From sequence record OR538032.1: 64,000 bases of DNA. One strand, 5' to 3'. Positions 39,009-48,326 of this stretch are shown here, piece by piece (position 1 is the stretch's first letter; each line of letters starts with the position of its first letter). The notes under the pieces are model-generated. The model had not been told where the DNA came from and ran no database searches. It saw only the letters and a program-made list of their open reading frames with translations. A program made the position numbers and the translations under genes.

Positions 39009-39577
39009 TGTATTTCCCACGAGAACGAAGAGTTCCTGTCATGCAGCCAACGCCTTTAGCTGTTGGCAGTATGGTTCGAGTATACGTTGATCAAAAACAA
39101 TATCTCGGTGCTAAATTTGTGTATCAAGGCGAGTGTGAAGAGTACATTCTGTATGATTACATGAATACTGAGACTTTCATCATCGAGAATGGTCTAATAC
39201 GTACAAACACAAGCGGATTATTGATCTCACGCATCGAAGAGCAAGAAACGTGTCAAGAACTGTTTATGCACGACGGTGTTCTGTCATACAATACAGAAAA
39301 AATTGAAACGAAGATGGAATATGTTCGTATCAAATCGGGCGACAAGATCAAAGTCTATATGAACTGTCAGTTCTCACCTAGACAAGAAGAAGCGACGGTT
39401 GTTTTCTGTAACGACGACTTTCTCACCGTTGTTTGCGACGGTGTACCGTTTACCTTTTCTCGCCGTGAAGTTATGTGCAAAAACATTGTTCATGTGTCTA
39501 ACGACGGTATCAGAGAATCTTGCCGCATAAACGAAGACGTTTTTGTAGGTAGACCTAGTGAAGTATCAAAAAATTAA
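39008..39577 (+). CDS. hypothetical protein
   Basis: 189-aa coupled ORF. Confidence 0.7.
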   Translation: MYFPRERRVPVMQPTPLAVGSMVRVYVDQKQYLGAKFVYQGECEEYILYDYMNTETFIIENGLIRTNTSGLLISRIEEQETCQELFMHDGVLSYNTEKIETKMEYVRIKSGDKIKVYMNCQFSPRQEEATVVFCNDDFLTVVCDGVPFTFSRREVMCKNIVHVSNDGIRESCRINEDVFVGRPSEVSKN

Positions 39578-40034
39578 CGAATTTGATTTTGCAAACGGCG
39601 AAGGTGTTCGATTGAGCATCTTCGTTTCTGGCTGTGAGCACCGCTGTGCGGGCTGCTACAACGAATCGACGTGGGACCCGAACGATGGTATTGATTTTAC
39701 CGAAGAAACGCTTAGAGACGTTCTGACGAGCTTAGAACAGCACGATGGTTTGAGTCTTACAGGCGGCGATCCGTTATATCCGGGTAATCGCGAAGCGATT
39801 TTGCGAATTTGTAAAGCAGTGAAAGAACGTTATCCCGACAAAGACATTTGGATGTGGAGCGGGTACAAGTTATCCCGTGTTGAACATTTAGAGATAATGA
39901 ATTATATTGATGTTTTCATTGATGGACGTTACAAGAGACATCAACCAACACAGAAAGCGTGGCGCGGTTCTGACAATCAAATATTGTACGTTCGGGTAAA
40001 TGATGAATTAGTTATTGACGAAGAGAGAAATTAA
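39558..40034 (+). CDS. nrdG: anaerobic RNR activase (radical SAM)
   Basis: NGEGVRLSIFVSGCEHRCAGCYN, LTGGDPL, WRGSDNQ. Confidence 0.97.
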   Translation: MKYQKINEFDFANGEGVRLSIFVSGCEHRCAGCYNESTWDPNDGIDFTEETLRDVLTSLEQHDGLSLTGGDPLYPGNREAILRICKAVKERYPDKDIWMWSGYKLSRVEHLEIMNYIDVFIDGRYKRHQPTQKAWRGSDNQILYVRVNDELVIDEERN

Positions 40035-40558
40035 TGAGTTGTGTTTGGATTACAAGTGACTTGCATTTAGGTCACAGAAATATCGGTAAGTTTCGCGACG
40101 GGATTGAAGACACTCAAGCGAACACCGACTGGATTGTTGACTTCTGGCTGAAGAACGTTCGCAAGCGTGACACTGTGATCATGCTTGGCGATACTGCATT
40201 CACTGAAGAAGCTATTGGCATTCTTGCGGGTCTACCGGGTCGTAAAGTACAATATGGCGGAAATCACGACGATCTGCCGGTTTCAAGCTACATGCGTGCA
40301 TTTGACGTAATCCGTGGTTGTGAGAAATTCAAGAAGCTGGGATGGTTGAGTCATTTCCCTCTACACCCTGCTGAATTACGTGGTCATTTCAGCATTCATG
40401 GTCACGTGCATTACGAAACAATTGACGACTATCGTTATGTTAACGTTTGCTGTGACAATTTGCAACGTCACATCGGTCAACCGATGATCCGTCTTACCGA
40501 TTTGCGGCAACTTCTTGACAAACGACGCGAGTCTAAAGAGGTCAGTTACGACTTCTAG
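40034..40558 (+). CDS. calcineurin-like metallophosphoesterase
   Basis: TSDLHLGH, LGD, GNHD, LSHFP, IHGHVH. Confidence 0.92.
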   Translation: MSCVWITSDLHLGHRNIGKFRDGIEDTQANTDWIVDFWLKNVRKRDTVIMLGDTAFTEEAIGILAGLPGRKVQYGGNHDDLPVSSYMRAFDVIRGCEKFKKLGWLSHFPLHPAELRGHFSIHGHVHYETIDDYRYVNVCCDNLQRHIGQPMIRLTDLRQLLDKRRESKEVSYDF

Positions 40559-40581
40559 AACGTAGTCTATCTGCATGAACA

Positions 40582-40589
40582 TCTAAATA
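40582..40589 (+). promoter_or_regulatory. late promoter variant TCTAAATA
   Basis: in the short intergenic gap before ORF 40623. Confidence 0.6.
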
Positions 40590-40622
40590 CTGGTATGGTA
40601 TTAAGGATGGTGTTCATGCACT

Positions 40623-41468
40623 ATGATAGATGTTTTGTTAAGATATGACGCAAGGATCATCAATAGCAGAAAGATAGTCATCTATACAGATGAAAATCGT
40701 CTCAGTCTTATTGTGAAACTCGCGAAAGAGCTTAACGGGACGTACAAGAAGTGCGATCCCGGTAGTTCAATTGGTTGTATACAGATGGAAAAATGCAGAG
40801 TATACGTCAAACCAACATCTAATCCTGGCATCGAGAATGAACGCAATTTCTATACTATTGTAAAGCAACACATTGATTCTGGCTGTACGCGGATTAAAAT
40901 TGGTGGGCGTCTTATAAAAGGTGTTCAGTCAATCGAAATGACTGGTCACGACACGAAAAACAATAAGAAAGCCGATATGGTCTTGAAAACAGACAAAGGC
41001 GACTTTCCGATTTCAATCAAAAAATCAAATGCAGAACGTTGGGCGAGTACTGACGTTATTCACGGCACAGAAGCATGTAAGCTGTTAAATCGCATGGTAG
41101 ACAAGAAAATCGTCACACTAACCGATTTCTCAGATGACGGAAAAGTAAAACGACTGAGCCAGCCCATTGCTAGACGACTTAGAGACGATGAGATCAATCA
41201 CGTTGTATTCGGGTCTGATATTCTCGGGAAGGGTCTTGTTGTCGTCAATAGCTTTACTCTAGATGATTTTGTATTCAAGCGCGGTACTTTACATATTAGC
41301 GGTGAAGTGCTTTTAGATTCGAGTGATGTAAAAGACACAATTTACCACCCATATATGATGATTAGAAATGATGCATGTCGCCGCTCGAAGGCATTGCCTT
41401 ATGGTGTACGTGTTGAAGTTGTATTCGAGTCAAGAATTACTAAAAATACGATTGTTTACGAGGAGTAG
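40623..41468 (+). CDS. putative PD-(D/E)XK-family nuclease-like protein
   Basis: E at GIENER, KKADMVL, PISIKK pattern (E ... K-A-D ... S-x-K). Confidence 0.6.
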   Translation: MIDVLLRYDARIINSRKIVIYTDENRLSLIVKLAKELNGTYKKCDPGSSIGCIQMEKCRVYVKPTSNPGIENERNFYTIVKQHIDSGCTRIKIGGRLIKGVQSIEMTGHDTKNNKKADMVLKTDKGDFPISIKKSNAERWASTDVIHGTEACKLLNRMVDKKIVTLTDFSDDGKVKRLSQPIARRLRDDEINHVVFGSDILGKGLVVVNSFTLDDFVFKRGTLHISGEVLLDSSDVKDTIYHPYMMIRNDACRRSKALPYGVRVEVVFESRITKNTIVYEE

Positions 41469-41471
41469 CTA

Positions 41472-42296
41472 ATGGCTATCAAAGATAAATTGGAAGAACT
41501 TATTGCGTCGGTTCACCAATGTACTACAAAAGACGGCGTAGTTGAAATTGAAAAACTATATACGCAAAAGAAAAAAGAACTCGGTGCCAACATCACCCCG
41601 ATGATGGATATTCGCGTTCGTGACGCAATTCGTGGTAAAATCACGATGTTCGATAAAGAAAATGCTGCTGCTAAAGAAGAAGCTAAACGAAAAAAACAAC
41701 AAGAAGAAGCTGAAGCAATTGCGGCTAAACTCGATGAGGGTCTTTTTGTTGTTTCTGAGAAAGAGTTCTTTGAACACGAAACCGTTGTGAATGAGTGTGC
41801 GATTGATGCTGCGTGTATTATGGACGTAGACTCAAGCATCCCTTCTGTTGGTCATAAAGAACTGACTAAAACGCTTTCCGAGGCATGTGAGCATGTTGGT
41901 GCAGTAGGTAAAATATTTGTACCTGAGTCACAGAACAAAGTATTGTCGCTGCAAGAGCGCGTTGAACTATTTGAATCATTCTCAGACGTTGATGTTGCAC
42001 CTAAAGGTGTGATGTTTGCTGAGGTTGAGAACATGATTCAGAAAGGCATTACTCGTGTGTTTGCATTCGTAGAAGCGAATAAAGTCGCTGAGTACCGTCG
42101 CCTCGGTCGCCATTTCTTGCGTGTTGGTGGCACTCGCTTTGAGATTGTTGAAGTCAAGAACAAAGTACCATCTAGCACGATTGAAAATCTGATTCGTGAG
42201 GATAATCTCATTGAGTTTATGCGTAGTGTACCGATGCCATTAAACGAAGCCGAGAAGATCTTTGATCGTCAGCTTGAACAACTACTGGGGGCGTAA
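41472..42296 (+). CDS. cytidylyltransferase-fold-like protein with degenerate HxGH motif
   Basis: IPSVGHKEL, KVLSLQERVELF, VPSSTIENLIREDNLIEFMRSVP parallel the PPTIGH ... SAS.xR...D...F...P pattern; helical N-terminal extension. Confidence 0.55.
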   Translation: MAIKDKLEELIASVHQCTTKDGVVEIEKLYTQKKKELGANITPMMDIRVRDAIRGKITMFDKENAAAKEEAKRKKQQEEAEAIAAKLDEGLFVVSEKEFFEHETVVNECAIDAACIMDVDSSIPSVGHKELTKTLSEACEHVGAVGKIFVPESQNKVLSLQERVELFESFSDVDVAPKGVMFAEVENMIQKGITRVFAFVEANKVAEYRRLGRHFLRVGGTRFEIVEVKNKVPSSTIENLIREDNLIEFMRSVPMPLNEAEKIFDRQLEQLLGA

Positions 42297-42772
42297 TGAG
42301 TGTAGCTAAACGTGGCGCAGATGGGTTTTATGCTCTTCGCTTATCTCGTTTGCTTCATCTTCGTTTTGATCGTTGGGAAGCATATCGAATGGGGATCATC
42401 GACGCAGATGGTAAAAAACTGCGTGACCCTGTAACTGCTCAAGAAAAGAGTAACTGGACGTTATTTCACGTAACTGTGCGCAATATCAAGCGAATGGTTG
42501 GCGCATTGCCGGGTGGTAAGACAGCACTTGATTACGGCGCGTCATATCTGTTGCTAATTGAACTTGCAAAAGAGTACGGTTTATCTGACCAATTTGCAGA
42601 TGAGTGTATTCGAGTAGAAGAATCCGTTGTTGCGGGTGATTCGGGTGGTGATGTAGGCGCTATTGCTTCTGGTGAAACTACTGGTGCAGTTACAAGCGCA
42701 GGGCCCGAGACTCTTGGTGACAAGAAGAAAAAGAAAAAGAAGAAGCTGAAAAAGTTCAGACACTTCGACTAA
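42296..42772 (+). CDS. 61.1: T4 61.1-like conserved protein
   Basis: EAYRMGIIDADGK ... EKSNWTLFHVTVRNIKR; upstream of primase; poly-Lys tail. Confidence 0.75.
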   Translation: MSVAKRGADGFYALRLSRLLHLRFDRWEAYRMGIIDADGKKLRDPVTAQEKSNWTLFHVTVRNIKRMVGALPGGKTALDYGASYLLLIELAKEYGLSDQFADECIRVEESVVAGDSGGDVGAIASGETTGAVTSAGPETLGDKKKKKKKKLKKFRHFD

Positions 42773-42779
42773 TTAAAAT

Positions 42780-42801
42780 GCCTCGTTTTCGGGGCTTTTT
42801 T
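42780..42801 (+). terminator. intrinsic terminator
   Basis: GCCTCG-TTTT-CGGGGC-TTTTTT. Confidence 0.8.
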
Positions 42802-42852
42802 ATGTTTATCGTATCGTGATGCCGTGTAATAATAAGACACGGAGGTTATATT

Positions 42853-43911
42853 ATGCAGATTTTGATTGATATACAATATGCCAAAATGCTTCAGCATCGT
42901 TTGTTATTGCCAAAAGTGCATAGCAATCGACCATTCAAAATAAATGCTCGTTGCCCGATCTGCGGCGACTCAAAAAAGAACAAGTACAAAACTCGTTTCT
43001 GGATTAATGAAGTCAAGACGAAAAGCGGTGAACTTCACTTGCGCTGCTCTTGTTGGAACTGTGACTACAACGAATCGCTGTACACTTTTTTGAAAGATCA
43101 CGAGCCCGCTCTATTTTCTCAATATCGAGTTGATCTTTTCAAAGAACGCAACTCACGCGAACGCAAAGAACGCGAGCCTGAACCAGTCGTTGAAAAGAAA
43201 GAAGCGACGGTTATCGAGAAAGAACAAGAAGAACAGCTTTTTTACAACATCACTGCACTGAAAGAAGGTCATGTGATGCACAAGTATCTTGAATCTCGTA
43301 AAATACCGAAAGACAAGTGGCATTTGCTTGGGTTTACTCGCGGTTGGACTACAATGGCGAAGACATTACGCCCCGACTTGTACGAAGGTGAGATCAAGAA
43401 TGACCACCCGCGCCTTGTAATTCCGATTTACAACAAAGACGGTCTGGTGGCAGTTCAAGGTCGTGCGTTGACGAACAAACATGCTCAACGTTATATGACG
43501 ATTAAAATCGACGATGATTTTGACAAAATCTATGGTACTGAGCGCATCAACGAAGATGATCCTGTAATTTTCGTTGAGGGCCCGATTGATAGTTTATTCC
43601 TATACAATTGCTGTGCTATAGTAGGTGGACAAGTCAGCCCAAACAACGCACCATATGCTGGTAATCGTATATGGGCGCTTGATAATGAGCCACGACATCC
43701 CGACGTTATCAAACGTCTTCAAGTTCTAATCAGAGCGGGTGAACGTGTTGTTATTTGGGATAAGCTCCCACCGCAAATCATTGGTAAGAAAGACATCAAT
43801 GATTTTATCAAAGCTGGCGTATCTGCTGAGTTCATTCAGCAATACATTTATGAAAATGCCGTTAGTGGTCTAATGGCTACAAATCGACTTAACAGATGGA
43901 AGAAAATTTAA
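42853..43911 (+). CDS. gp61: DNA primase
   Basis: RCPICGDSKKNKYKTR, CWNC, RLVIPIY, QGRAL, FVEGPIDSLF, DNEPR, KDIND. Confidence 0.97.
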   Translation: MQILIDIQYAKMLQHRLLLPKVHSNRPFKINARCPICGDSKKNKYKTRFWINEVKTKSGELHLRCSCWNCDYNESLYTFLKDHEPALFSQYRVDLFKERNSRERKEREPEPVVEKKEATVIEKEQEEQLFYNITALKEGHVMHKYLESRKIPKDKWHLLGFTRGWTTMAKTLRPDLYEGEIKNDHPRLVIPIYNKDGLVAVQGRALTNKHAQRYMTIKIDDDFDKIYGTERINEDDPVIFVEGPIDSLFLYNCCAIVGGQVSPNNAPYAGNRIWALDNEPRHPDVIKRLQVLIRAGERVVIWDKLPPQIIGKKDINDFIKAGVSAEFIQQYIYENAVSGLMATNRLNRWKKI

Positions 43912-44408
43912 TGAAGATTATTTACCTGCCGCACTACAAAGAAAACGCTGAACTAGGTCTGGACGCAATTGAGCCAATCGGTGTTAAAGACCCAGATGAC
44001 GCGGGTATTGATCTGCGTGCTGCAATTGAAGAATCAATCGAGTTACAACCGGGTGATTCAGTCGTTATCCCGTCTGGTGTCAAGATTCACATTGGGTCGC
44101 ACCCGCTTCACCAACAATACACTGATTTGGGTGTATACGGTGCAATCGCACCGCGCAGTGGTCTTGGGTTCAAGCACTTCTTGCGTCTAGCAAACACAAT
44201 CGGGATTATCGACGCTAATTATCAAGGCGAAATCATGATCAAAATTCGCAACGAAGGCGACGACGTACTGCATATTGAGCGCGGTGATCGTATCTGTCAA
44301 TTGATTTTCCACACTTACGTGAAGAACGTTCAGTTTGAAGAAGTTGATACTTTTGACGAAGAAACTGACCGTGGTGCTCGTGGGTTTGGTGGTAGCGGGG
44401 TGAAATAA
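43911..44408 (+). CDS. dut: trimeric dUTPase
   Basis: AGIDL, IAPRSGLG, GIIDANYQGEI, GDRICQL, RGARGFGGSG. Confidence 0.97.
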   Translation: MKIIYLPHYKENAELGLDAIEPIGVKDPDDAGIDLRAAIEESIELQPGDSVVIPSGVKIHIGSHPLHQQYTDLGVYGAIAPRSGLGFKHFLRLANTIGIIDANYQGEIMIKIRNEGDDVLHIERGDRICQLIFHTYVKNVQFEEVDTFDEETDRGARGFGGSGVK

Positions 44409-44644
44409 TGCATACACCTATTTCTAGAACTGGTGAGATTCTAGGGTCAATGCGTTCTGTGCTCATGGACGAGCGCATTGAAGCTGCTCTTCGCATGGAT
44501 ATTGCACGCGATCAAGAGCAAAAGGAAAAGATGTTGAATTCGAATCGAACGATGATTTCGGATATTGACAAACAACAACGCAGAATCGAATCTAAGCTCG
44601 ATTTACTACATTCATTACTTGACGTGAAGAAGGAAATATCATGA
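44408..44644 (+). CDS. small coiled-coil hypothetical protein
   Basis: translationally coupled between dut and dexA. Confidence 0.7.
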   Translation: MHTPISRTGEILGSMRSVLMDERIEAALRMDIARDQEQKEKMLNSNRTMISDIDKQQRRIESKLDLLHSLLDVKKEIS

Positions 44645-45333
44645 GTGATAAACCCGTCTATGACATTCTAATCGACTATGAGGGATTCGACGTGACTCCC
44701 GACGCAGCGGTTATCGAACTAGGTGCAGTTGAATTCGAGCACGATTTTACTAAAGTTCCCGATTACCAAGAGCTTGTGAAGAACTCGTTTCGCTGTAAGT
44801 TTGAGATCAAATCTCAAAAAGGCAAACGCAGCATCAATAAAGCGACTGTGCAATGGTGGTCTGAGCAGTCTCAAGAAGCTAAAGAAATTCTAATCCCTAG
44901 CGCAGAAGACGTGACGGTTGAAGAAGGTCATAAGCTTTTTATCGAGTGGATTGAACAAAACACTCGTTACGACGGTCGTTCTCATTTCTACTGCCGTGGC
45001 AACAACTACGATATTCCGCTCATGGCTGATTGTTTCCGTTACAGCGGTTTGCGTCATGCGATCATCGAGCGATTCTGGAAATTCCGTGACGTTCGTACTC
45101 GTATTGAAGCATTGATGCTGCAACGCGACATGTGTAAAGTGCCGATTCGACGTGATGCGATGCCAGGGTTTATTCACCACAACGGCGTTCACGACTGTGC
45201 TAAAGATGCAATGATGCTTATCATGGCAGCGCGTTACGCACTTGACTTAGAAGAACTGCCCGAGAAAATGGAATGCCATGAAGTATCGGTTGACTTCACT
45301 GACGAAGAGAAAGAGGAACTTGGGCTACTATGA
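44641..45333 (+). CDS. dexA: exonuclease A (DEDDh)
   Basis: LIDYE, WWSEQS, YCRGNNYD, FWKFRDVRT, HNGVHDCAKD. Confidence 0.93.
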   Translation: MSDKPVYDILIDYEGFDVTPDAAVIELGAVEFEHDFTKVPDYQELVKNSFRCKFEIKSQKGKRSINKATVQWWSEQSQEAKEILIPSAEDVTVEEGHKLFIEWIEQNTRYDGRSHFYCRGNNYDIPLMADCFRYSGLRHAIIERFWKFRDVRTRIEALMLQRDMCKVPIRRDAMPGFIHHNGVHDCAKDAMMLIMAARYALDLEELPEKMECHEVSVDFTDEEKEELGLL

Positions 45334-45491
45334 TGATTGCTGTACATCTACTATCACAAGCCAAGCCAGTTGTTCATGAGCACGTAAAGAACGCTTACAC
45401 CAAAGACGGTCTTTACTGCTTGATGATGAAAGACGGTATGGTTTACAAATACCCACTGATCAATATTTTCCGAATTACAGAAAATATGTAA
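45330..45491 (+). CDS. small hypothetical protein, 53 aa (not in ORF track)
   Basis: hand translation MMIAVHLLSQAKPVVHEHVKNAYTKDGLYCLMMKDGMVYKYPLINIFRITENM; ATGA overlap with dexA. Confidence 0.65.
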   Translation: MMIAVHLLSQAKPVVHEHVKNAYTKDGLYCLMMKDGMVYKYPLINIFRITENM

Positions 45492-45498
45492 AAAGTGG

Positions 45499-45527
45499 TT
45501 GCGTTGTCGGTGTGACTTGTGTAATAT
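45499..45527 (+). promoter_or_regulatory. sigma70-type early promoter
   Basis: TTGCGT-N17-TAATAT. Confidence 0.75.
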
Positions 45528-45559
45528 ACTCACATCGACAACGAAAAGAGAATATTATT

Positions 45560-45697
45560 ATGACAACGAATCGCCTAGATTGGACAATTGAAAAGAAAGC
45601 TCAGTTCATCGCGACATACAAAGACGGGACTGTTTTAGTTGCGCGAACTCGCGAAGCTCTTAATTCTCAAATCAATGAGTTTGAAAAGACGCTATGA
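45560..45697 (+). CDS. small early hypothetical protein, 45 aa
   Basis: AAGAG RBS before ATG 45560. Confidence 0.7.
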   Translation: MTTNRLDWTIEKKAQFIATYKDGTVLVARTREALNSQINEFEKTL

Positions 45698-46092
45698 ATT
45701 TCCAAACGTTCATGTACAAATGGAAAAGATTTTCATTTGATTTCAACAATTACGCAGTTGAGAAGCAACGCGGGTTAGTCGGGGTTGTTGACTTTGTGAT
45801 GAAGAAACACTTCACGCATCGAGTATATGATCGATTCTGTCCTGCTGAATTCTCGATTCTACGTAGAATGTTGTATCATACTGTTAACAAACACTTAGGT
45901 GAAGTTCTGTTTTGGTACTACAGCACTGATAAGCGTGAACTTGCTATCAAGCGTGAAGATATTTTCATTATCATGCAACGTGGTATCACGGGTTGTATTT
46001 TGATCACTACGGTATATCGTAATGAACGTAAGCAAAACTCTGATAAGTTCTTTTTGGTTGACATAAGCAGAAAGCAAAATGAAGCAGATTAG
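45694..46092 (+). CDS. hypothetical protein
   Basis: coupled ORF, 132 aa. Confidence 0.7.
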   Translation: MNFQTFMYKWKRFSFDFNNYAVEKQRGLVGVVDFVMKKHFTHRVYDRFCPAEFSILRRMLYHTVNKHLGEVLFWYYSTDKRELAIKREDIFIIMQRGITGCILITTVYRNERKQNSDKFFLVDISRKQNEAD

Positions 46093-46324
46093 ACTTGGTG
46101 ACTTCATTGAAGTCACTGAAAGACTTGACCAAGAGAGCTTTTTTGGTCAGTTAATTGATATTGCACCGTGTCTATGGGCACGTGGTGATTTTCTACGACT
46201 TGTCGATGACGCAGGTAATGAAGTTCAAGTGAACACTGTGAACATCGACATGATTAATGGCACTGTTGTGAGCGAAATCATTCGCAACGCTCATGGCTTT
46301 ATGTATTGTGAGGAAAAGATTTGA
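46079..46324 (+). CDS. hypothetical protein
   Basis: 81-aa ORF in tightly packed operon. Confidence 0.7.
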   Translation: MKQIRLGDFIEVTERLDQESFFGQLIDIAPCLWARGDFLRLVDDAGNEVQVNTVNIDMINGTVVSEIIRNAHGFMYCEEKI

Positions 46325-46764
46325 AAGGTTACGTATTTGTAAATCGCTACTGTAAAGGTATTCAAGCTGGTATTCAAGGCGCTCATGCGTTGCTACGTCT
46401 TGCGCGTAAAGCAGAAAATCCGGTTTTCAACACATGGCTAAATGACCACGAGACGATTTGTGTTCTGTCGGCGTCTGGTCACGACCATCTTGAAGAAATC
46501 GAAAAGACCATTCGTGAAATGAATGTTGTAGAAGACATCACGTTTTTTCAAGAAGAAGGTTTACATCACTCTCTAACAGGTGTAGCATTCATTGGTGACG
46601 ACACGCTAATGAAAGTTCAAGCCGAAATGAAAGAATGGCGCGAACTTCGTAAAATTGGCGAAGGTCCGAAGCGTCGAGACTTCGACTCAGATATGTTCTA
46701 CAAGTACGGTCGAACATATGAACTTGCAAAATACTTAGAGGGGTTTCATTCTCATCATGGATAA
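46321..46764 (+). CDS. peptidyl-tRNA hydrolase 2 (Pth2)-fold-like protein
   Basis: GIQAGIQGAHA, W...HETICVL, FFQEEGLHHSLTGVAF parallel Pth2 motifs; TTG start after GAGG. Confidence 0.55.
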   Translation: MKGYVFVNRYCKGIQAGIQGAHALLRLARKAENPVFNTWLNDHETICVLSASGHDHLEEIEKTIREMNVVEDITFFQEEGLHHSLTGVAFIGDDTLMKVQAEMKEWRELRKIGEGPKRRDFDSDMFYKYGRTYELAKYLEGFHSHHG

Positions 46765-46987
46765 CTTAAATCTTAAATTGACTACTGCTTCTCGTTTTGA
46801 AGAATTGATGACGCGCCCTGGCGTCATCGTCAAGAACAGTTCTTCGGGTCCTGAATACATCACGACTGTTTACGATAAAGGCGAGTTAATTGCCGAACGT
46901 GTCCTGTACGTATCGCAAGCAGAGCATTTCGAGCTACAACTTCCTGAAGCAGTAAAAGCAGTTCGAAAGCCTAGTAAACTGCCGTAA
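46757..46987 (+). CDS. hypothetical protein
   Basis: 76-aa ORF with GAGGGG RBS. Confidence 0.7.
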   Translation: MDNLNLKLTTASRFEELMTRPGVIVKNSSSGPEYITTVYDKGELIAERVLYVSQAEHFELQLPEAVKAVRKPSKLP

Positions 46988-47023
46988 AAACTGTTTAACA
47001 ACTAACTTTGTGAGTGTAATATT

Positions 47024-47224
47024 ATGAAATCTAAAGGTTTTACTCTGATCGAATTGATAGTCGTGATTGTGATTTTAGGTGTTTTGGCGTCAATCGGCGC
47101 AGGTGCATTGGGTTTAGGTCAAACTGCATCGTACACGACTCAACCGCAATCAGTGACATATGAAATTGACGGTCAGTTGATGCAATGTACTCCTGTGCAA
47201 TCTGCATGGGACGATGATTTTTAA
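47024..47224 (+). CDS. prepilin-type N-terminal cleavage/methylation mini-protein
   Basis: MKSKG|FTLIELIVVIVILGVLA: class III signal peptide with G-1, F1, E5 and hydrophobic helix; 66 aa total. Confidence 0.85.
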   Translation: MKSKGFTLIELIVVIVILGVLASIGAGALGLGQTASYTTQPQSVTYEIDGQLMQCTPVQSAWDDDF

Positions 47225-47233
47225 AGGTAATTG

Positions 47234-48133
47234 ATGAAAAACTACTTGCAACTATGTACTGAAATTCTCAACGAAGGTGATTTTCTTGAGAATCGAACAG
47301 GCACAAACACTGTTAGCGTGATTTCGCGTGAGCTTCGCTGGGATTTATCGAAAGGTTTCCCGTTACTGACGACTAAGAAAATGGCAACTAAAGCCATCTT
47401 CGGTGAACTTCTATGGTTCTTGAGTGGTTCGGGACTTATCAGCGACTTGCGCAAATACACTGAGCTTTCAGACGAAGATTTCTGCATTTGGCAGCAAAAT
47501 CTCGACGAGCTAAACGAGCGTGCAAAGAAAGCAGGTATTGTTCGAAATGAAGACGATCTCGGTTATGTTTACGGTAAAGTATGGCGTAAGCGTCTATCTG
47601 TGACTGCTGACAAAGAAGTGACTGAGTTCGACCAAATTCATCAATTGCTGTGCGATATTGCAGCGGTTAAAGAAGACCCGACGCAAAGTGCGCAGCGTCG
47701 CATGATAGTTGAAGCATGGGACCCGTACTTCCACACTGAAAGCAACTCGGTTGACGTAGCTCTACCGCCGTGTCACTATGGCTTTCAAGTGTTCGTGCGT
47801 AATGGTAAGATCAGTCTGAAGTGGAATCAGCGTTCAGTTGACACATTCTTGGGTCTGCCGTTCAATATCGCATCGTATGCACTATTGGTTCACATTCTAG
47901 CACAGCTAACTGGCTTGAAAGTAGGTGAACTGATTTTCTCTGGTGGTGATGTTCACATTTATGAAGATCACATTGTGCAGGTACTGAAACAATTGCGACG
48001 TACTCCGCGTGAGTTACCGCAAATTCAACTACCTGAATTTGATACGTTGTCACAATTGTTGACTAAACGTGCAAGCGACTTTGTTGTGTACGACTATGAT
48101 CCGTACCCAGCACTAAAAGGTAAAATGTCATGA
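47234..48133 (+). CDS. td: thymidylate synthase
   Basis: NRTGT, FPLLTTKK, ELLWFL, ALPPCH, QRSVDTFLGLPFNIASY, GDVHIY; no intron. Confidence 0.98.
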   Translation: MKNYLQLCTEILNEGDFLENRTGTNTVSVISRELRWDLSKGFPLLTTKKMATKAIFGELLWFLSGSGLISDLRKYTELSDEDFCIWQQNLDELNERAKKAGIVRNEDDLGYVYGKVWRKRLSVTADKEVTEFDQIHQLLCDIAAVKEDPTQSAQRRMIVEAWDPYFHTESNSVDVALPPCHYGFQVFVRNGKISLKWNQRSVDTFLGLPFNIASYALLVHILAQLTGLKVGELIFSGGDVHIYEDHIVQVLKQLRRTPRELPQIQLPEFDTLSQLLTKRASDFVVYDYDPYPALKGKMS

Positions 48134-48324
48134 TCAGCAAAACCGATTATTTTGAACTGAAAACAGGTACGCCAATCATCGTGATTGAGCGTATTGACAC
48201 AATCGACGGTGAGCTTCTAAAGCTCCCGTTCAGTAAAGTTGTTGCCGCAGATGATCCGAATATCAGCGAATCGTTAGCTGACGGTAAAATTCACTATCTT
48301 TTTGACTTCGAAATAGGTGAGTAA
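48130..48324 (+). CDS. hypothetical protein
   Basis: 64-aa coupled ORF. Confidence 0.65.
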   Translation: MISKTDYFELKTGTPIIVIERIDTIDGELLKLPFSKVVAADDPNISESLADGKIHYLFDFEIGE

Positions 48325-48326
48325 AC

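Noticed and set aside
40623-41468. Calling ORF 40623 a homing endonuclease (mobile element)
   Set aside because: No HNH, GIY-YIG or LAGLIDADG motif; it sits in a coupled operon rather than as an insertion; only a tentative PD-(D/E)XK pattern
42716-42760. A-rich Lys-codon run at the end of 61.1 as a frameshift site
   Set aside because: No X XXY YYZ heptamer with a downstream structure; a terminator follows directly
36636-48133. Group I introns or inteins in nrdD and td (present as introns in T4)
   Set aside because: Both ORFs are continuous and of normal length; no LAGLIDADG, GIY-YIG or intein motifs seen
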